Shown here in pieces: positions 47,501-61,636 of a stretch of DNA of 64,000 nucleotides. This DNA comes from Eledone cirrhosa (lineage: Eukaryota), in the NCBI GenBank assembly GCA_964016885.1, contig OZ024754.1, positions 18,538,001 to 18,602,000 of the forward strand, in the 5' to 3' direction. Made by a program: the position numbers and the translations under genes. The notes below the pieces were generated by a model. It ran no database searches and was not told where the DNA came from. It worked only from the letters and a program-made list of their open reading frames with translations. Numbering within the stretch: the first letter of the stretch is position 1; the number at the start of each line of letters is the position of its first letter.

Positions 47501-48107
47501 AGTGTTAATTGATTACTTTCTCTTTGATTTAAAAAATATTTTTTCATTCTCATATATTGTTTCATTTTTATACATATATCGAGAATGACACTTCTTTTTA
47601 CTATTACACTCCCTTCCCTCTTTATCTTCCGCATATAAGTGACCGCGCGCGTGTGTGTGTGTTTATACGCGTGCTTTCATACTCGTATGTGTATTTAATA
47701 CCTGTATCTGGATGCGTGTCAACTATATTATCATACAATTTCTTTTTCAACTCATATTATATACGTATTTGTGGTCACATATACACAAATATACTTGCCC
47801 TCATATATGTACTTACGCACACATTTTCACCATACACATGCATTTGTACATACACACATATGTACATTTGTGAGTGTATATACATACATATACACATACC
47901 GTAACTATATTTCCTTATTTTTTTATATATCTCTTGCATTACTTTTATTTATATATTTTTTGCATTTCTTGAGGAGACTTTTCAAATATTTCACTATGTT
48001 TTAAATTGCCTTGTCCGACGAACGAATGAGGACGTTTTTCGTATTCGTCCTATTCGGGAAACCTCTGGTAATGAGGTAATTATATTGTATTGTTTAATAT
48101 ACATTAT
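44581..48107 (+). mobile_element. Penelope-like element with direct pLTRs (44581-45498; 47180-48107); RT present, GIY-YIG absent
   Basis: ~920 bp near-identical direct repeats; RT 45659-47128 is frameshifted and paralogous to the 42798 ORF; it stops at NRKRKII. Confidence 0.9.
45402..45469 (+). ncRNA. HHR-like motif with CCGACGA core (second copy 48009-48076)
   Basis: CCTTGT-CCGACGA-ACGAATGAGGACG..CGTCTTATTCGG-GAAA-CCTCTGG-TA-ATGAGG. Confidence 0.65.
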
Positions 48108-48120
48108 ATATATATATATA

Positions 48121-48906
48121 TATGAATATAGACATAGAATATTCGAAAATATTCTGTATGTTTATAATAAACATTTTGAAGACCTAATCGCTATAGAATA
48201 GAATACGTCACGTATTACAATTAGATTCTCGATAAAAGCAAGGGAAGTAATCTACGCGTTTCATTCTTATTAGAAATCTTCAGGACTACATATCCAGTGC
48301 TTTTATCGAGAATGACACAGCTAGAGACTTATAGAATACTTAGCTGTGTACAGGAACTGGTTTGAAAGAGCGGTTGCCGGTCCGGCAGAAATTAGAAATT
48401 GGAATAAATGCTCTTAAATAGCGATATATATGTGAATATAGACATAGAATATTCGAAAATATTCTGTATGTTTATAATAAACATTTTGAAGACCTAATCG
48501 CTATAGAATAGAATACGTCACGTATTACAATTAGATTCTCGATAAAAGCAAGGGAAGTAATCTACGCGTTTCATTCTTATTAGAAATCTTCAGGACTACA
48601 TATCCAGTGCTTTTATCGAGAATGACACAGCTAGAGACTTATAGAATACTTAGCTGTGTACAGGAACTGGTTTGAAAGAGCGGTTGCCGGTCCGGCAGAA
48701 ATTAGAAATTGGAATAAATGCTCTTAAATAGCGATATATATGTGAATATAGACATAGAATATTCGAAAATATTCTGTAATTGTAATACGTGACGTATTCT
48801 ATTCTATAGCGATTAGGTCTTCAAAATGTTTATTATAAACATACAGAATATTTTCGAATATTCTATGTCTATATTCACATATATATCGCTATTTAAGAGC
48901 ATTTAT

Positions 48907-48912
<6 letters not shown>
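48121..48912 (-). repeat. 310-bp tandem repeat (~2.1 units) plus inverted partial unit, one HHR per full unit (retrozyme-like)
   Basis: Units start at 48121, 48431 and 48741; inversion at 48778-48912; HHRs at 48247-48289 and 48557-48599. Confidence 0.88.
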
Positions 48913-48962
<50 letters not shown>

Positions 48963-49044
48963 ATAATAATAAATTTGAAGACTAAAATCCAAAGAGGGCT
49001 CAATAAGGATAAATATATATCAAATATATAAGAACCGTAGAGCA

Positions 49045-50516
49045 AATATTTATTAAAATAACAGATTAAAGTTTAAGCAAAGAATCGCTGCTTTCACCCT
49101 TAACGGGATCTTCAGAACCGGGAAATGCCTCTCTAGTAACATTGTCTACAAATGTAAGGTTGTAACACCTACGTCCCGTAGGGCCTACATAGGGTTAACC
49201 GCCAATAGATTCAAGCAGCGTCTTTACATGCATACCCATTCTTTTCGTTACCCTCTAAGAAGGAATATGACGTCACTTTCAGCTTATATCTGGAGTCTAA
49301 AAGACAACCACACCCAATATAAGTTACACTGGGAGATCCTAGCTAGGGCTAGATCGTATAACGGAAATAAAAGACCATGTGACCTCTGCGCCGCTGAGGC
49401 CCTGGAAATACTCTACGCCACAGACCACATCTTAAACAAAAAATCTGAGGCAATTTCGGCTTGTAAACATAAATTGCATAAAACTTTCCTGTATTACAGC
49501 CCCACGTTATACCCTAACGGATAGTACGATCTATACGTGGATATTTTACGTCTTGATGTGGGAGTTGAGTATATGTTTTGCTTATACCATTACTTATTTG
49601 CATAGGTAAGTATATATTACCCGCTTGTTCTGTGAAGGTACGTATACCTTCTCGTACGTATATTTGATTGTTTATGTTATGGCGTATAATTTTATATATT
49701 CTGGTACATATGGTTTGGCTATGTGTATACGGGAGTTTTGCGTCTGTGTGAGTATGCAGGTTCGTACGTATGTAAGGTGTGTGTATATGTGTACTTCATG
49801 TTTTGGTTGACTTACGTCTCCGAACATTCGTGTATTTACATGTAGGTGCGCTTGTTATATACGTATTTATTTATTCATATACGTTTATATAATTATTTAT
49901 TTATTTGTATACACGCATACACACACATATTTATATGTGCGTGGTTTTGTATACCTATGGTAAGTGTTTTGCGTATGCTTGTGTATGTACGTATTTGTTT
50001 GCGTGTATGTATTTATTTATTTCTATTACTTCTGTATTGTATTTATTTAATTTGTTCTCAACTCTGTAGCGGAGATTCATTCGGTCTCCTAGTTAGAATT
50101 TTAGTCTACGACTTCTGCTATACCATTTACCTGGTTTTGTCTTTGCGTGCTATTGTTCTCCACGATCCACATATGACGTATTATCTTCGTTGTTTTCGTT
50201 CATTGCCAGAGAACGTCTCTATGAACCACCTAAGAGAACATTAGTCTACGACCTCTTTTATACCATAAACGTGGTTCTGTCTTTACGCGTAATTGTTTTT
50301 CACCGCTCCTATTAATGACGTATTATATTCGTTTTTTCCCGTTCTTTGCCAGCGAACGTTTCCACGAACCAAAGTATCGTCTTCCTGTCTTCCTCCGGTT
50401 GCAATGTTTTTTGAAATATCCACTTCTGCGTTTACAGATTGACTTTGTTAGTTTCTGAAGATCCCGTTAAGGGTGAAAGCAGCGATTCTTTGCTTAAACT
50501 TTAATCTGTTATTTTA

Positions 50517-50521
<5 letters not shown>
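49045..50521 (+). mobile_element. 5'-truncated PLE: inverted pLTR end, GIY-YIG (49118-49524), pLTR
   Basis: NIVYKC..AYIGLT..FKQRLYMH..SLSAYIWSLK..CDLC..LNKKSE..CKH; inverted repeat 49045-49117 vs 50453-50522. Confidence 0.88.
50450..50500 (+). ncRNA. type I HHR with full stem III (partial mirror at 49069-49117)
   Basis: AGTTT-CTGAAGA-TCCCGTTAAGGGT-GAAA-GCAGCGATTCTTTGC-TT-AAACT. Confidence 0.78.
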
Positions 50522-50582
<61 letters not shown>

Positions 50583-50855
50583 CGAAGGAGTTGTGATAAG
50601 GAACCATAACGCACCAGAGTACTCAATACTTAGGGTAGTAGAATGGGTAATAGGAGAAAGTAAGACCCCGACGGCAGATATCAAGCCGTTTCGACGGCTA
50701 TTTCTGAACTAAAGTGACTTTAGTCCAGAAATAGCCGTCGAAACAGCTTGAGCTCTGCCGTCGGGGTCTTACTTTCTCATATATATATATATATATATTC
50801 TTTTTTTCTTTTATCTGTTCCAGCCATCCGGCTAAGGCCATGCTGGGGCACTGCC

Positions 50856-51135
50856 CTTGTTGCTACATATTCTATCTCCAGTCTGTGTTGGTTGGCCATT
50901 GGTGCAAGAGGGAGTTCGTTTCTACTTCTCTTAGGTTTCCCTCGTGCCTTGCTGTGGGCTCATCCAGGATCCCGGATAGCAGGGTGTCAAGATGTTTCTT
51001 GAAAACATCCACCCCCACACCATGCAGATCTCTCAAATCCCTCGGCAACTTGTTGAAAAGTTGAGGGCCTTTGAACCGCAGGCTATTGCAATATCTGCTC
51101 CTTATTTTAGATGTGGAAGACGGGACCTTTGGCAC
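50856..51135 (-). mobile_element. CR1-like LINE 3' end fragment
   Basis: SLRFKGPQLFNKLP..DVFKKHLDTLL..DEP. Confidence 0.65.
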
Positions 51136-51310
51136 CACACACACACACACACACATATATATATAAATTTTGAGTATATGCTGGTTGTTTACCGACACCT
51201 CAGTATGCAGATTGGAGCTCTCGACGAAGTACGCAGGTTGGTTTGTTTACTCCCGAGTAATGTAAAATAATTAAGTCAAATAGATAAAATTTGGCTTCGT
51301 TTATTATAAA

Positions 51311-54300
51311 CTAGCTGAGCTACCCGGTGATACCCGGGTATTTTATGAAAGTTACAATATATTTGACCATTCAAATATGATTGCTGAATTTTAACCAAAG
51401 TAGGAATTATAGCAGAATATTTATTGCCGTTTGGTCAAAGTAAATCTTCTAGATAAAAATATTAGTTTTTTCCAGTGGTGATTTTTTGAATACTGCTCCC
51501 TATTACAGTCAGCATATATAAAACTTTACTCATAGATGAATCATTACGTATGTTGCCAGTGAAAAGGGCATGACCCCAAAAATACATTTAGATTTTTTTT
51601 ATTTATCGTTTTCTTTCTTTTTTTTCTTTTGCTCAATCAGAACCTCTGAAATTCAAACAAAATGTAAAGACTATTTTAAAATAAGAAAATAAATTTAGCA
51701 TTGGTTTATGATTGAATGAAGAATTTACTTACTCATTTCTGTAATTCGTGGAAAGTGTATTTAAATTTGTACACTGTAGCTTTCACCAATATTTGACTCT
51801 ATGGCAGTAGGATCTTGTTTGAGGGAGATTTGTTTTCTATTTCTATTAGCTATACCAACAATTATAGTGGCTCACTTGACATACATAGATACATACACAC
51901 ACATGTATGTGTGTAAGACAGTTGTTTGTGATTTGAAATGGATTTTGCTAATATTTCTAGTAGATCGAGTTATCACACAGAACCATTCCTTTTTGCTTCA
52001 TACATATATACATACCTGAGAAAGTAAGGTGGGATTTGAAGGAAATTTGGCTGCTATTTCTACCCAACAAAGCCCTCACTTATACTACTTTATATAGCAG
52101 AGGTACCCGGGAATGCCTGCATATTCTTCCAAAGTAACACCATGCAGTAAATTTGCGGCTTCAGAATTCCTTGCAAACTACATAACTAAGGAATTAGGTT
52201 CTGTGTGTATTGTCATTGAATGAGGAATTACGACATTGCTCATTCCAAAGCCCTGGATAAACAATATTCTTGGTTTTGCCCTGTGGTGCCACAATGAAGA
52301 GACAATCAGGGTTCCAAACCTTTGTTGTGCCAACATAGAGTTGACCATGTGAAAAGACAGGATCTGCCAGATTCAACCCAACGACTTTCAATGATTGCCC
52401 TTAAGATTTATTAATGGTCATGGCAAAACTGAGCCTGATCGGAAATTGAAGTCTTTGAAATTCAAATGGAAAATCAGTTGGCTTCAGAGGTATTCTGGGA
52501 ATGAAACAATTGTCACCAGCAAATTTCCCTGATATGATTGCAACTTCTAGAACATTGGACATCAGTCTTGTGCCATTACAAAGTTTTGGAGGATTCAGAT
52601 TGCGAAGTAGCATAACCGATGCTCTTAGCTTTAGTATCAGGTTGTGTGGAGGAATTCCCGCTTGTTCAAAAATTCAGTTGGATAGTTTACAACCTGGTCT
52701 TGAGAAGTGATCGTGTCAACTGATTTGTAGCATATTTTCTCTCCCAGTAACATCTCCAGCAGCCTTCTGTTGATTTCTTTCACAGCAATATTTTTAGGTG
52801 CTAAGATTGCTCGTTCACAGAGCCATTTCGGATGGTCTGAATGTTTGGAAACACTCTGGTAATCAGTTCTTGTTCTGTGTCAATGATATGGCCAAATGAC
52901 AACTGAATATGGTCATTGGAGTCCTTTTCAAGAAGTCTATTTCCCAATTTAAGTAGTTGGATGGCAAACTCACTGACACCTTCGTCACCAGTTAAGTGCA
53001 CTCGCATGTTGGTTGTAAGTCTCAACAGCTGAAAGTGGGGCCAGAGATAGGATGTTTTCAGACAGGCATTGATCTGATCAGCTCGAGGCCTTCGAAGAAT
53101 TACAGGCAGAGTTTGTCTGAAATCACCAGCAAGAACCATTGTCACTCCTCCCATTATGCAACTATTTTCTCTCAGATCCCTTATCGTCCGGTCCAAAGCT
53201 TCAATTGCTCCTTTATGGCTCATAGTAGCTTCATCCAAAATTATCATCTTGCATGTTTGCAGAAGCTTGCCCTTGGGTGAGTTCTTCTTGATGTTGCAAA
53301 AAGATTGTTCATGCCGTGTGAGATCTATGGGCAGCTTAAACATGGAGTGTGCAGTTATTCCTCCATCCAGAGGTGTGGATGCAATGCCACTTGAAGCCAC
53401 AGCAAGGGCAATATGTTGCTTTTGGCGAACTTTTGCAAGCAGGAGTTTTATGAGGAATGTCTTGCCTGTGCCAACAGGAGCATCGATGAAGAAAATTCCT
53501 CCCCTGTTATTTTGAATGTTTTCGATGATGTAGTTGCGTATTTCTGGTCATCCATCAATCGAGGTTCATTTTCATCCACAAACTTACGCAATGCTTGAAT
53601 ATCGTAGTTTATCTCCTGAAAAATGTCTTGTGCTACCTCCATTTCTTCATATGGCTCTGGCATCCCGCAGTTAGCTAATGTGCTATTCATTGCCTGAACT
53701 CGATGGGACAGGTCACAGAGAGCTTGATTGTAAATCATGGGGCGTATATTCCATATACATATTACCATGATGTCTTCGGGCTAGGTGTAGATAGTCGTCC
53801 GACATATTGTTTTTGTACTCCTGCCAGAGTAGATGAGCTTCATCAATTCCACATGCTGTGAGCATAATAGTAAATAATTGTCTTATTTGACTGGCTACTT
53901 GAGTGATTGCTGCTTCTAGGCACTTCTTCCAGTGTCCATTGTCATGCAGGAGTTCATGCTGTTTACATGCTTCTTGGTATGTTGCGCACTCCCTTTTTAT
54001 GAAGCACCTAAGATCCTCAAATGACGTTGGTCCTCGAACAGTATGCAGAAGTAGCCGTAAATAAAGACATTCTCTGTTGTTGGGATGGACATTGTAAACA
54101 CGCCCAATAGTATCACTTGACTTGACTTCATCACCTTCCACTAAATGACTCTGCTTTCTTCGATTCCAGGTCTTGCAATTGGTCCACGTGTAGTATGTTG
54201 GGACTTCAGCATATAGGAGGGATCGAGCAAATTCATCATTCTGGCAGAGTTTAAAGAAAGCAGTTAGTGTAGTGTCATGTGATGCTTGTGCCAACTGATG

Positions 54301-57300
54301 AGCAGTGATCTCAGTGAAGTACACTCTCTGTCCATTTTCCAGATGGACTGCGAGGTTCACCACTGTTTGGTGGCGTTGGTGGATATCAAATCCAAAGATT
54401 TGCCAGATAGCTTCATTGCTGGAGATGTATCGACTTGTTTGATACCGTTTAACCTCATCCAGCCCACCATCATTGAGTTCTTTGACAGTAATAAAGGTAG
54501 CCATGTCACTGCCCTTGTTGATATATTTTGTGACATATAGGATTGCCTTGACAGAGCTGCAATACTCAACATTGATATGAGCTTTTAAAAGTTTACACAA
54601 CAATTTGTTGTGTGGGACGACCCACTGATTGTTTATGGTCAGCTCCTCTCCTCGAAATGTTAGGCTTGCAGTATTGCCTCCATGTTCTGGTCTACGCCTA
54701 CGATAAAGGGGGTATTCATTATTGTCAGTCCGAGTTTCCCGAATAAAAGCTCTAGGATAATGTTTGCTGCATTTTTGATCTTTCATGCAGGGAGAGGTTG
54801 GATTGATGACTCCACATGGACCATGAATGAGTTTGGACTTGATGGTTTCAAAGAGCTCTGGATCACCACCTTTATCAGGCAACTCTGCTGAAATGATCTT
54901 ATCAATATCATCTGGTCTTATCTTCTCCTTGCACCAGATTAGTGTGTGAGAGTGAGGAAGACCTCTCTTCTGCCACTCAATAGTGGTCATTCAAGCACTA
55001 AGCTCACCAAAGATTCTTCCTTCTTTTTTGAGCCAGATGAGTTTTTTTTTGCTTTTCATGGAAAACCCGAGCAATGAGGTCATGTCGATCCTTTGGTTTT
55101 TGATTTTGAAATAATTCATTTGATATTTATGACCAGTTTGAATTGCATGTAAATATAATGAAGATATCTGGCCGACCAATTTTCTGACATAGGCCATTGC
55201 ATCTTGCGTACGTTCATGCATGTAACGTGGTCCTCCCGTGAAGCTTGATGGTAGTATGACTGGCTGGCCAATATTTCTTGGGTCAACATCAGAATTGATG
55301 GCATCTCTAAGGTGGATGTTGTTATCTGCCCTCAACTTAGTTTGATTCCTTCGCAGAAAACCCAATCTTTCTGTTTCAATTTTGGCATACATGTCCACTA
55401 TGAACTGACTGGTTACTTCTTTGAATCGCAGAACTTGGTTGAAGTGGTCACGTACCATGAAATGATAAGCATAGAATTCTTTGCAGCTGATTGATCGGCC
55501 AGATTCTTCTCCCGTCCCTGGGCTGATCTGCCGTAGCTGAAAATGATATCCATCTTGACCATTCCAAAAGATGAGTGGATATTGGAGTGAATCATAGGCT
55601 CTATGAGTTTCACAAATTCGCTCCAAATGTCCACTTTGTTTTTGCAAAACAATGTCACGTCGTTCATTCTGTTCACGGTAAATTGGCAGTATCGGTAGAG
55701 GGTTAGACATGCTTTCCAGCATAGTTACGTCCCTTTACAATCTGAGTTCAAATCCCGCCGAGGTTAACTTTGCCTTTCATCCTTACGAGGTCGATAAAAT
55801 AAAGTACCAGTAATGTACTGGGTAATTGCTGGCCTTGTGCCTAAAGTAGAAACAATTATAACTTCATCAGTGACAGGTGCATTGAATCTGCGTTCATGTT
55901 CTGAAGTTGGGCGTTTGTCTGCCCTAATGATGATTTTACGATCTCTGGTGTTGTTCATATGCTCCAGTGCATATTTAAATACACTGACGTACATGTGATG
56001 TTGGTGAAGCATTTCTTGTAACTTTATGACTATGTAGAACTGCAATCCACCATAGACATTGATACATCTTTGTTGTGCCTGTGTTTCATTTCCACCCATG
56101 AAGTAAACCTGCACAAATTTGTGAGGCTCCTGTGGTAACACTGTCCCTGAATTTTATAAGTTGTACAGAATCTAAAGTCAATCACATTCCTGTCAGCCCC
56201 AAAAGATGTCATTTGAAAGGCAGAATTATATTTTATGATGTATTTATTGAAGTGTCGTGCTTCTGGTGTATACTGAAGGAGCAGATTCTTCAGAAATTCA
56301 GGAAGTTCTTGTATCGTTTTAAGGCTCACTACACTTTGATCTTAGCCAAAAGGCCGAGAAGCGAACTTGGTGTTTCTGCTGCCCACTTCTTGGCACCACA
56401 ATAATGGCAGCGTTTGTTCATTTTCCCAATGTTGATTTGTGGATTACTGCTGTAGTCCTTTTGGGGGTCATAGAAAAAGCACCCATCAGCCAGTTCATTT
56501 TACTTGTGGTTTGTTCTCCTGCTCGGGCAGTAGAACGATGTGCTTGATTATCATTTCGTCTGATTTGCTGCTGTTCCTTAATTTGTTGTTCTCGTGTAGC
56601 AGCAGTCCTTTGTTCCCTTTCATCCAAACGGTGTGCTCGTGCTAAAGCTGTTTAGGCTCTGTTAGCAGCTAGACGGGATGCCGAACTTCTTCACTTTCTT
56701 CAGATCGGTGTGTTTTCTTTCTCTTAGCCTCTGAAGATGACCTACCATATAATGATCTGGAACGTTTTCTATGCACTGGGTAATTGCTGGCCTTGTGGCA
56801 AAAGTAGAAACAATTATTACACACCACACTCTTTCCGAAATAGAAACTATAGAATGTATTGTTCACTCAGTAAAGTTGTTTTAAATGATCTCTTTATATG
56901 AATGTATATTAGGTGTAATTAATTTTAGACATATGTAGAAAATATTGGGATTTCAGATTGTATTCTGAAATTATCATTTTTTACCCCCCCCCCCCCTAAA
57001 AAAACAAAGACAAACACTACAAAAAAAATATGTTCTGTGTTAATTCAAATAACAGCGGAAAATAATATATTCAAATAATATCTTTTAAAATTACCGTTTT
57101 TTTTTGTCTGTTAAATACATACATATATACAACTTCTATAAAACCATCTGTGATTTCTTTAGACATATGTAGAAAATAAGCTTTGATGGTAACATATATC
57201 GTCTGCTAAAGAACGCCTCCCCCCCATAACACACACGTGTGTGTAAATATATATATAAACGCGGACACACGTTAGGTAAAGAATCCCTCAAATCACCCTC

Positions 57301-58228
57301 CCTCTCTCCTGCCTCTTTACTTTTTTCTCTCTCCCATCTTTTCTCTTTTCTTATTGTCTTTCACTCCCTATCCACCTCACTCCCTTTCTCTTTCTCATCT
57401 CCTCTCTTTCTTTCTCTCTCTCATCCTCTACAGAATAGTGAACAAAAAATAAATAAAAGATAATAACATTGGGAGAATTAAGAAGTGTGTAAAAATAATA
57501 AATAAATAAAAGTTAATGAACGCTGTCTACTTTCCCTCTCTCTCTCCCACCCCATTACTCTCTCTATCTCTTTTTCTCTCTCACATCCCCCTCTCTCTAC
57601 AGAATAGAGAACAAAAAATAAAGAAAAGATAAATAACGTTAAGGAAGCGGGAGAGTTAAAAAGTGTGTAAAGATAATAAATAAATAAAAGTTAACAACGC
57701 TGAAAGCTTTCCCTCTCTCTCTTTCATCGACTTTTTTTCTCATCCCCTTACTCTTTTTCTTTCTCTCTCACCTCCTCTTACTCTCTCTCTCCCATCTCCC
57801 ACTCTCTCTCTTCCTCTCTCATGCCTTACTCTCTTTCTTTCTCTCCCACATCCCTTACTCTCTCTCTCCTATCCACTCACTATCTCTCTTTCTCTCTCAT
57901 CCCCTTACCCTCTCTTCCACCTCCCACTCTCTCTCTGTCTCTCTCATCCCTTACTCTCTCTCTCTTTCTCTCTCCCATCCCTTGCTCTCTTATCTACAGA
58001 CTGGAGAACATAAAAAACAAAATGGATGATCTCTTTTGATATTCATTAGAAAATAAGATAAATTGAATTTAAATGAATTCCTTGCTTTGCAAAGTAAAAC
58101 CTTTTCAACCGTTACCTGTCCGAGTGTATAGTGAATATGTACATGTAATTTTGAGGAGTTTGGTCCGGTAGTTTGTTAATTTTAGGCGGACACACATAAT
58201 CGGAAGCTTGCATTTATATATATATAGA
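51311..58228 (-). mobile_element. Helitron (Rep/PIF1 helicase), ~6.9 kb, frameshifted
   Basis: 5' TCTATATATA at 58228 and 3' hairpin (51321-51340) plus CTAG at 51311, in an A|T context; Rep motifs ILPSSFTGGPRYM, IEWQKRGLPHSH, YVTKYINKG; PIF1 motifs DAPVGTGKTF, LAGDFRQTLP, LCNGTRL, FAMTINKS. Confidence 0.95.
55682..55858 (+). mobile_element. tRNA-derived SINE inserted in the Helitron Rep
   Basis: Homologous to the 19574 copy; interrupts the Rep frame. Confidence 0.87.
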
Positions 58229-58233
58229 TATAC

Positions 58234-58530
58234 ATTATAGATATACTGCTATATATATTTCGGTGACAGCCATCATTGGCTGTGACCTCTTCAGGCAGTC
58301 CGAATTGGTGTGGTAGAGACAGGTACACATGTTGTTTAAGTGTGTTTTACTCCGTCAATGATTGACGGAGTAAAACACACTTAAACAACATGTGTACCTG
58401 TCTTTCCCACACCAATTCGGACTGCCTGAAGACGTCACAGCCAATGATGGCTGTCACCGAAATATATATAGCAGTATATCTATAATTTATAATAAACGAA
58501 GCAAAATTTTACCTATTTGACTTAATTATT
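58234..58530. repeat. near-perfect palindrome with two HHRs (58245-58299 minus; 58421-58475 plus)
   Basis: Centre TCCGTCAAT-G-ATTGACGGA at 58360; same HHR family as 30102. Confidence 0.9.
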
Positions 58531-58537
58531 ATATATG

Positions 58538-58656
<119 letters not shown>

Positions 58657-58708
58657 CAAGAAAGAAGATTGACATGGTTCGTTATACAATAAGGGCTTTA
58701 TTCACATT

Positions 58709-58816
58709 GCTGACAATTGTTTCTTTGATCTGGCAGGTCTAGAGTTCGCTATACGCCTGATTATGCGCCAATCGATCTCCAATACTTTGTTTATAACCGG
58801 TCGTTTTCATCAGAGC
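58709..58816 (-). ncRNA. HHR-like motif with ~80 nt stem II domain (relative at 61994-62100 plus)
   Basis: GCT-CTGATGA-(~80 nt)-GAAA-CAATTG-TC-AGC conserved in both diverged copies. Confidence 0.62.
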
Positions 58817-59799
58817 GGGTGAAATGAAGAAGATACATAAGGCATGGTTTTTATATAAGTGTGGTATTAAACCAGAACAATAATATCAATGATAAAATAA
58901 AATAACTAGATAGCAGACAATTAAAATAATAACATCAATATAAGTAAGAGATAGAGTATAATGGAGAATCTAGTATGTTAAACAGATTGATATGATACAG
59001 ATGTATGGAATTGACATGTGAAAACTGCTATAGGGTACATTAGATATAGTGATAGGGTAACGACTAGATAACAGTAACCACTAAGATGTACTTGGAGACA
59101 GAATTTATGAGGTATCCACTGTGCTGTAGGTATTCTAGCAATAAACCGGAGATTTACTTTTTATTTTTTTATTTGACAGATAAACATTTTCGTTTGATTA
59201 ATTTAGTGATGATGATAGTTTTTATGTGGTGTTAAATAGAGTTGTAGATTCGTTATTTAAGTGGCCTATACTAAAGGTAGGGATTGTTAGTTCGAATTGT
59301 GGGGGTTTAGTTTTCACAGCATCAATAACAAATCGTGTATAAATAAGACAGTGATAACAATAATAGAAGGTAGTAAAGTAGTAAAATGTGCATGGTAGGT
59401 ATATAGAACACGATGAATAATATTAGGGCTATATTGAGATGTTCATAATAATAATAATAATAAGAAGAATAATAAGAGGAAAGTGAGATTTCAAGCGGTG
59501 TAGGAGTAATAAGATAATGTACTTAGAATTAGGTTCATCTGTTAGAGATCGTGAGTGCTAATGAGAGATATAAATCCTTGGTCCGAAGGAGTGGGTAACA
59601 GCGAAGGTAGGATTGATTTATGGGCTGATAAGATAGTTGTAGACATATTCCAGTGGGATAGAATTAGGGAGGCTATAATGTATTTCTAGAAGATTATAGT
59701 TCCGTACTGGGCTGTGTGAGAAGGCGGATTTCATATGTTAAAAGCTAAGTGGTATTGGTTCGAATCATGGTGGTTTAAATCTCGCGAATTTTTTCGTTG

Positions 59800-60731
<932 letters not shown>

Positions 60732-60882
60732 AGGGAGTGTAACTTGGAGTTACTGTAGGTTCACCCGGGTGAGCACTCGATGTTTAGGTTCACTTCTGTG
60801 TTGAGGTGTTGAGCTATATAGAGTGTATTATATTGAAAAGATAACAAGGACGATTGGTTACTCCTTCATTACATTTATTGGT

Positions 60883-60969
60883 AGGTGACGCGCGTTTCGC
60901 CACTGATCAGCTCAAGGTTCGATCTGTATCGATCTGACCCGACTCTATAATCGGCAGCTCGACGGACCT
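60883..60969 (-). ncRNA. HHR-like motif with CCGUCGA core
   Basis: Minus strand: AGGT-CCGTCGA-GCTGC...GTGGC-GAAA-CGCGCG-TC-ACCT. Confidence 0.6.
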
Positions 60970-61562
60970 TTTAAAATACTAGTAGAAAATGAATACATAC
61001 TATATGGTAAAGTCAGAAGTTCATATGTTGGTCAATATGAATTGTTTTGATTGGTGGAATAGATCATAGGGATGCTTTCGCCTGTTGTGTATGTGGGGGT
61101 GGATGTGATGATAAGATGATGGTGACGGTCGCTGGCTGGGATGGGGCGTGGTGTGGGGGTGGTGGATTGTCGGTAGACAGTTTGGCGTGTATTTGTGGCT
61201 GGTTATTGTGTGGTGTGGGTGTGGTGGTGTTGTCTATGGTAATGGTGTTTATGGTGGTGTGGTGGATGTGTTGGTGGTGTCAAATCCATGGGGGAGATAC
61301 ATACCTAGACACACTTAGTCTGACAAATACGTTGTATACATATACATGCGCATATATACTGACATATATACATACACACTTATATACACACACACATACA
61401 CACATAGATCCACACATACATATATTTATATGCATATATACACGCCCGTATATATGCATGCGCGCGTGTGGATATATATAGAGAGGGGAGAGTATCAGTG
61501 GGGGTGGCGTAGTACAAAGATTGAGGGAGGTGAGAGCCGATGGAGATGGTATTGTACATATA

Positions 61563-61636
<74 letters not shown>

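Noticed and set aside
44950-47904. Identical 115-aa ORFs at 44950 and 47557 as duplicated genes
   Set aside because: They are chance low-complexity ORFs within the two pLTR copies.
48121-48778. Tandem repeats as a CRISPR-like array
   Set aside because: Units are 310 bp and identical with no unique spacers, there are no cas genes, and the context is eukaryotic.
59480-59790. Possible further GIY-YIG relic upstream of the 58709 HHR
   Set aside because: Only a faint, frameshifted resemblance by eye; not supportable without an alignment.
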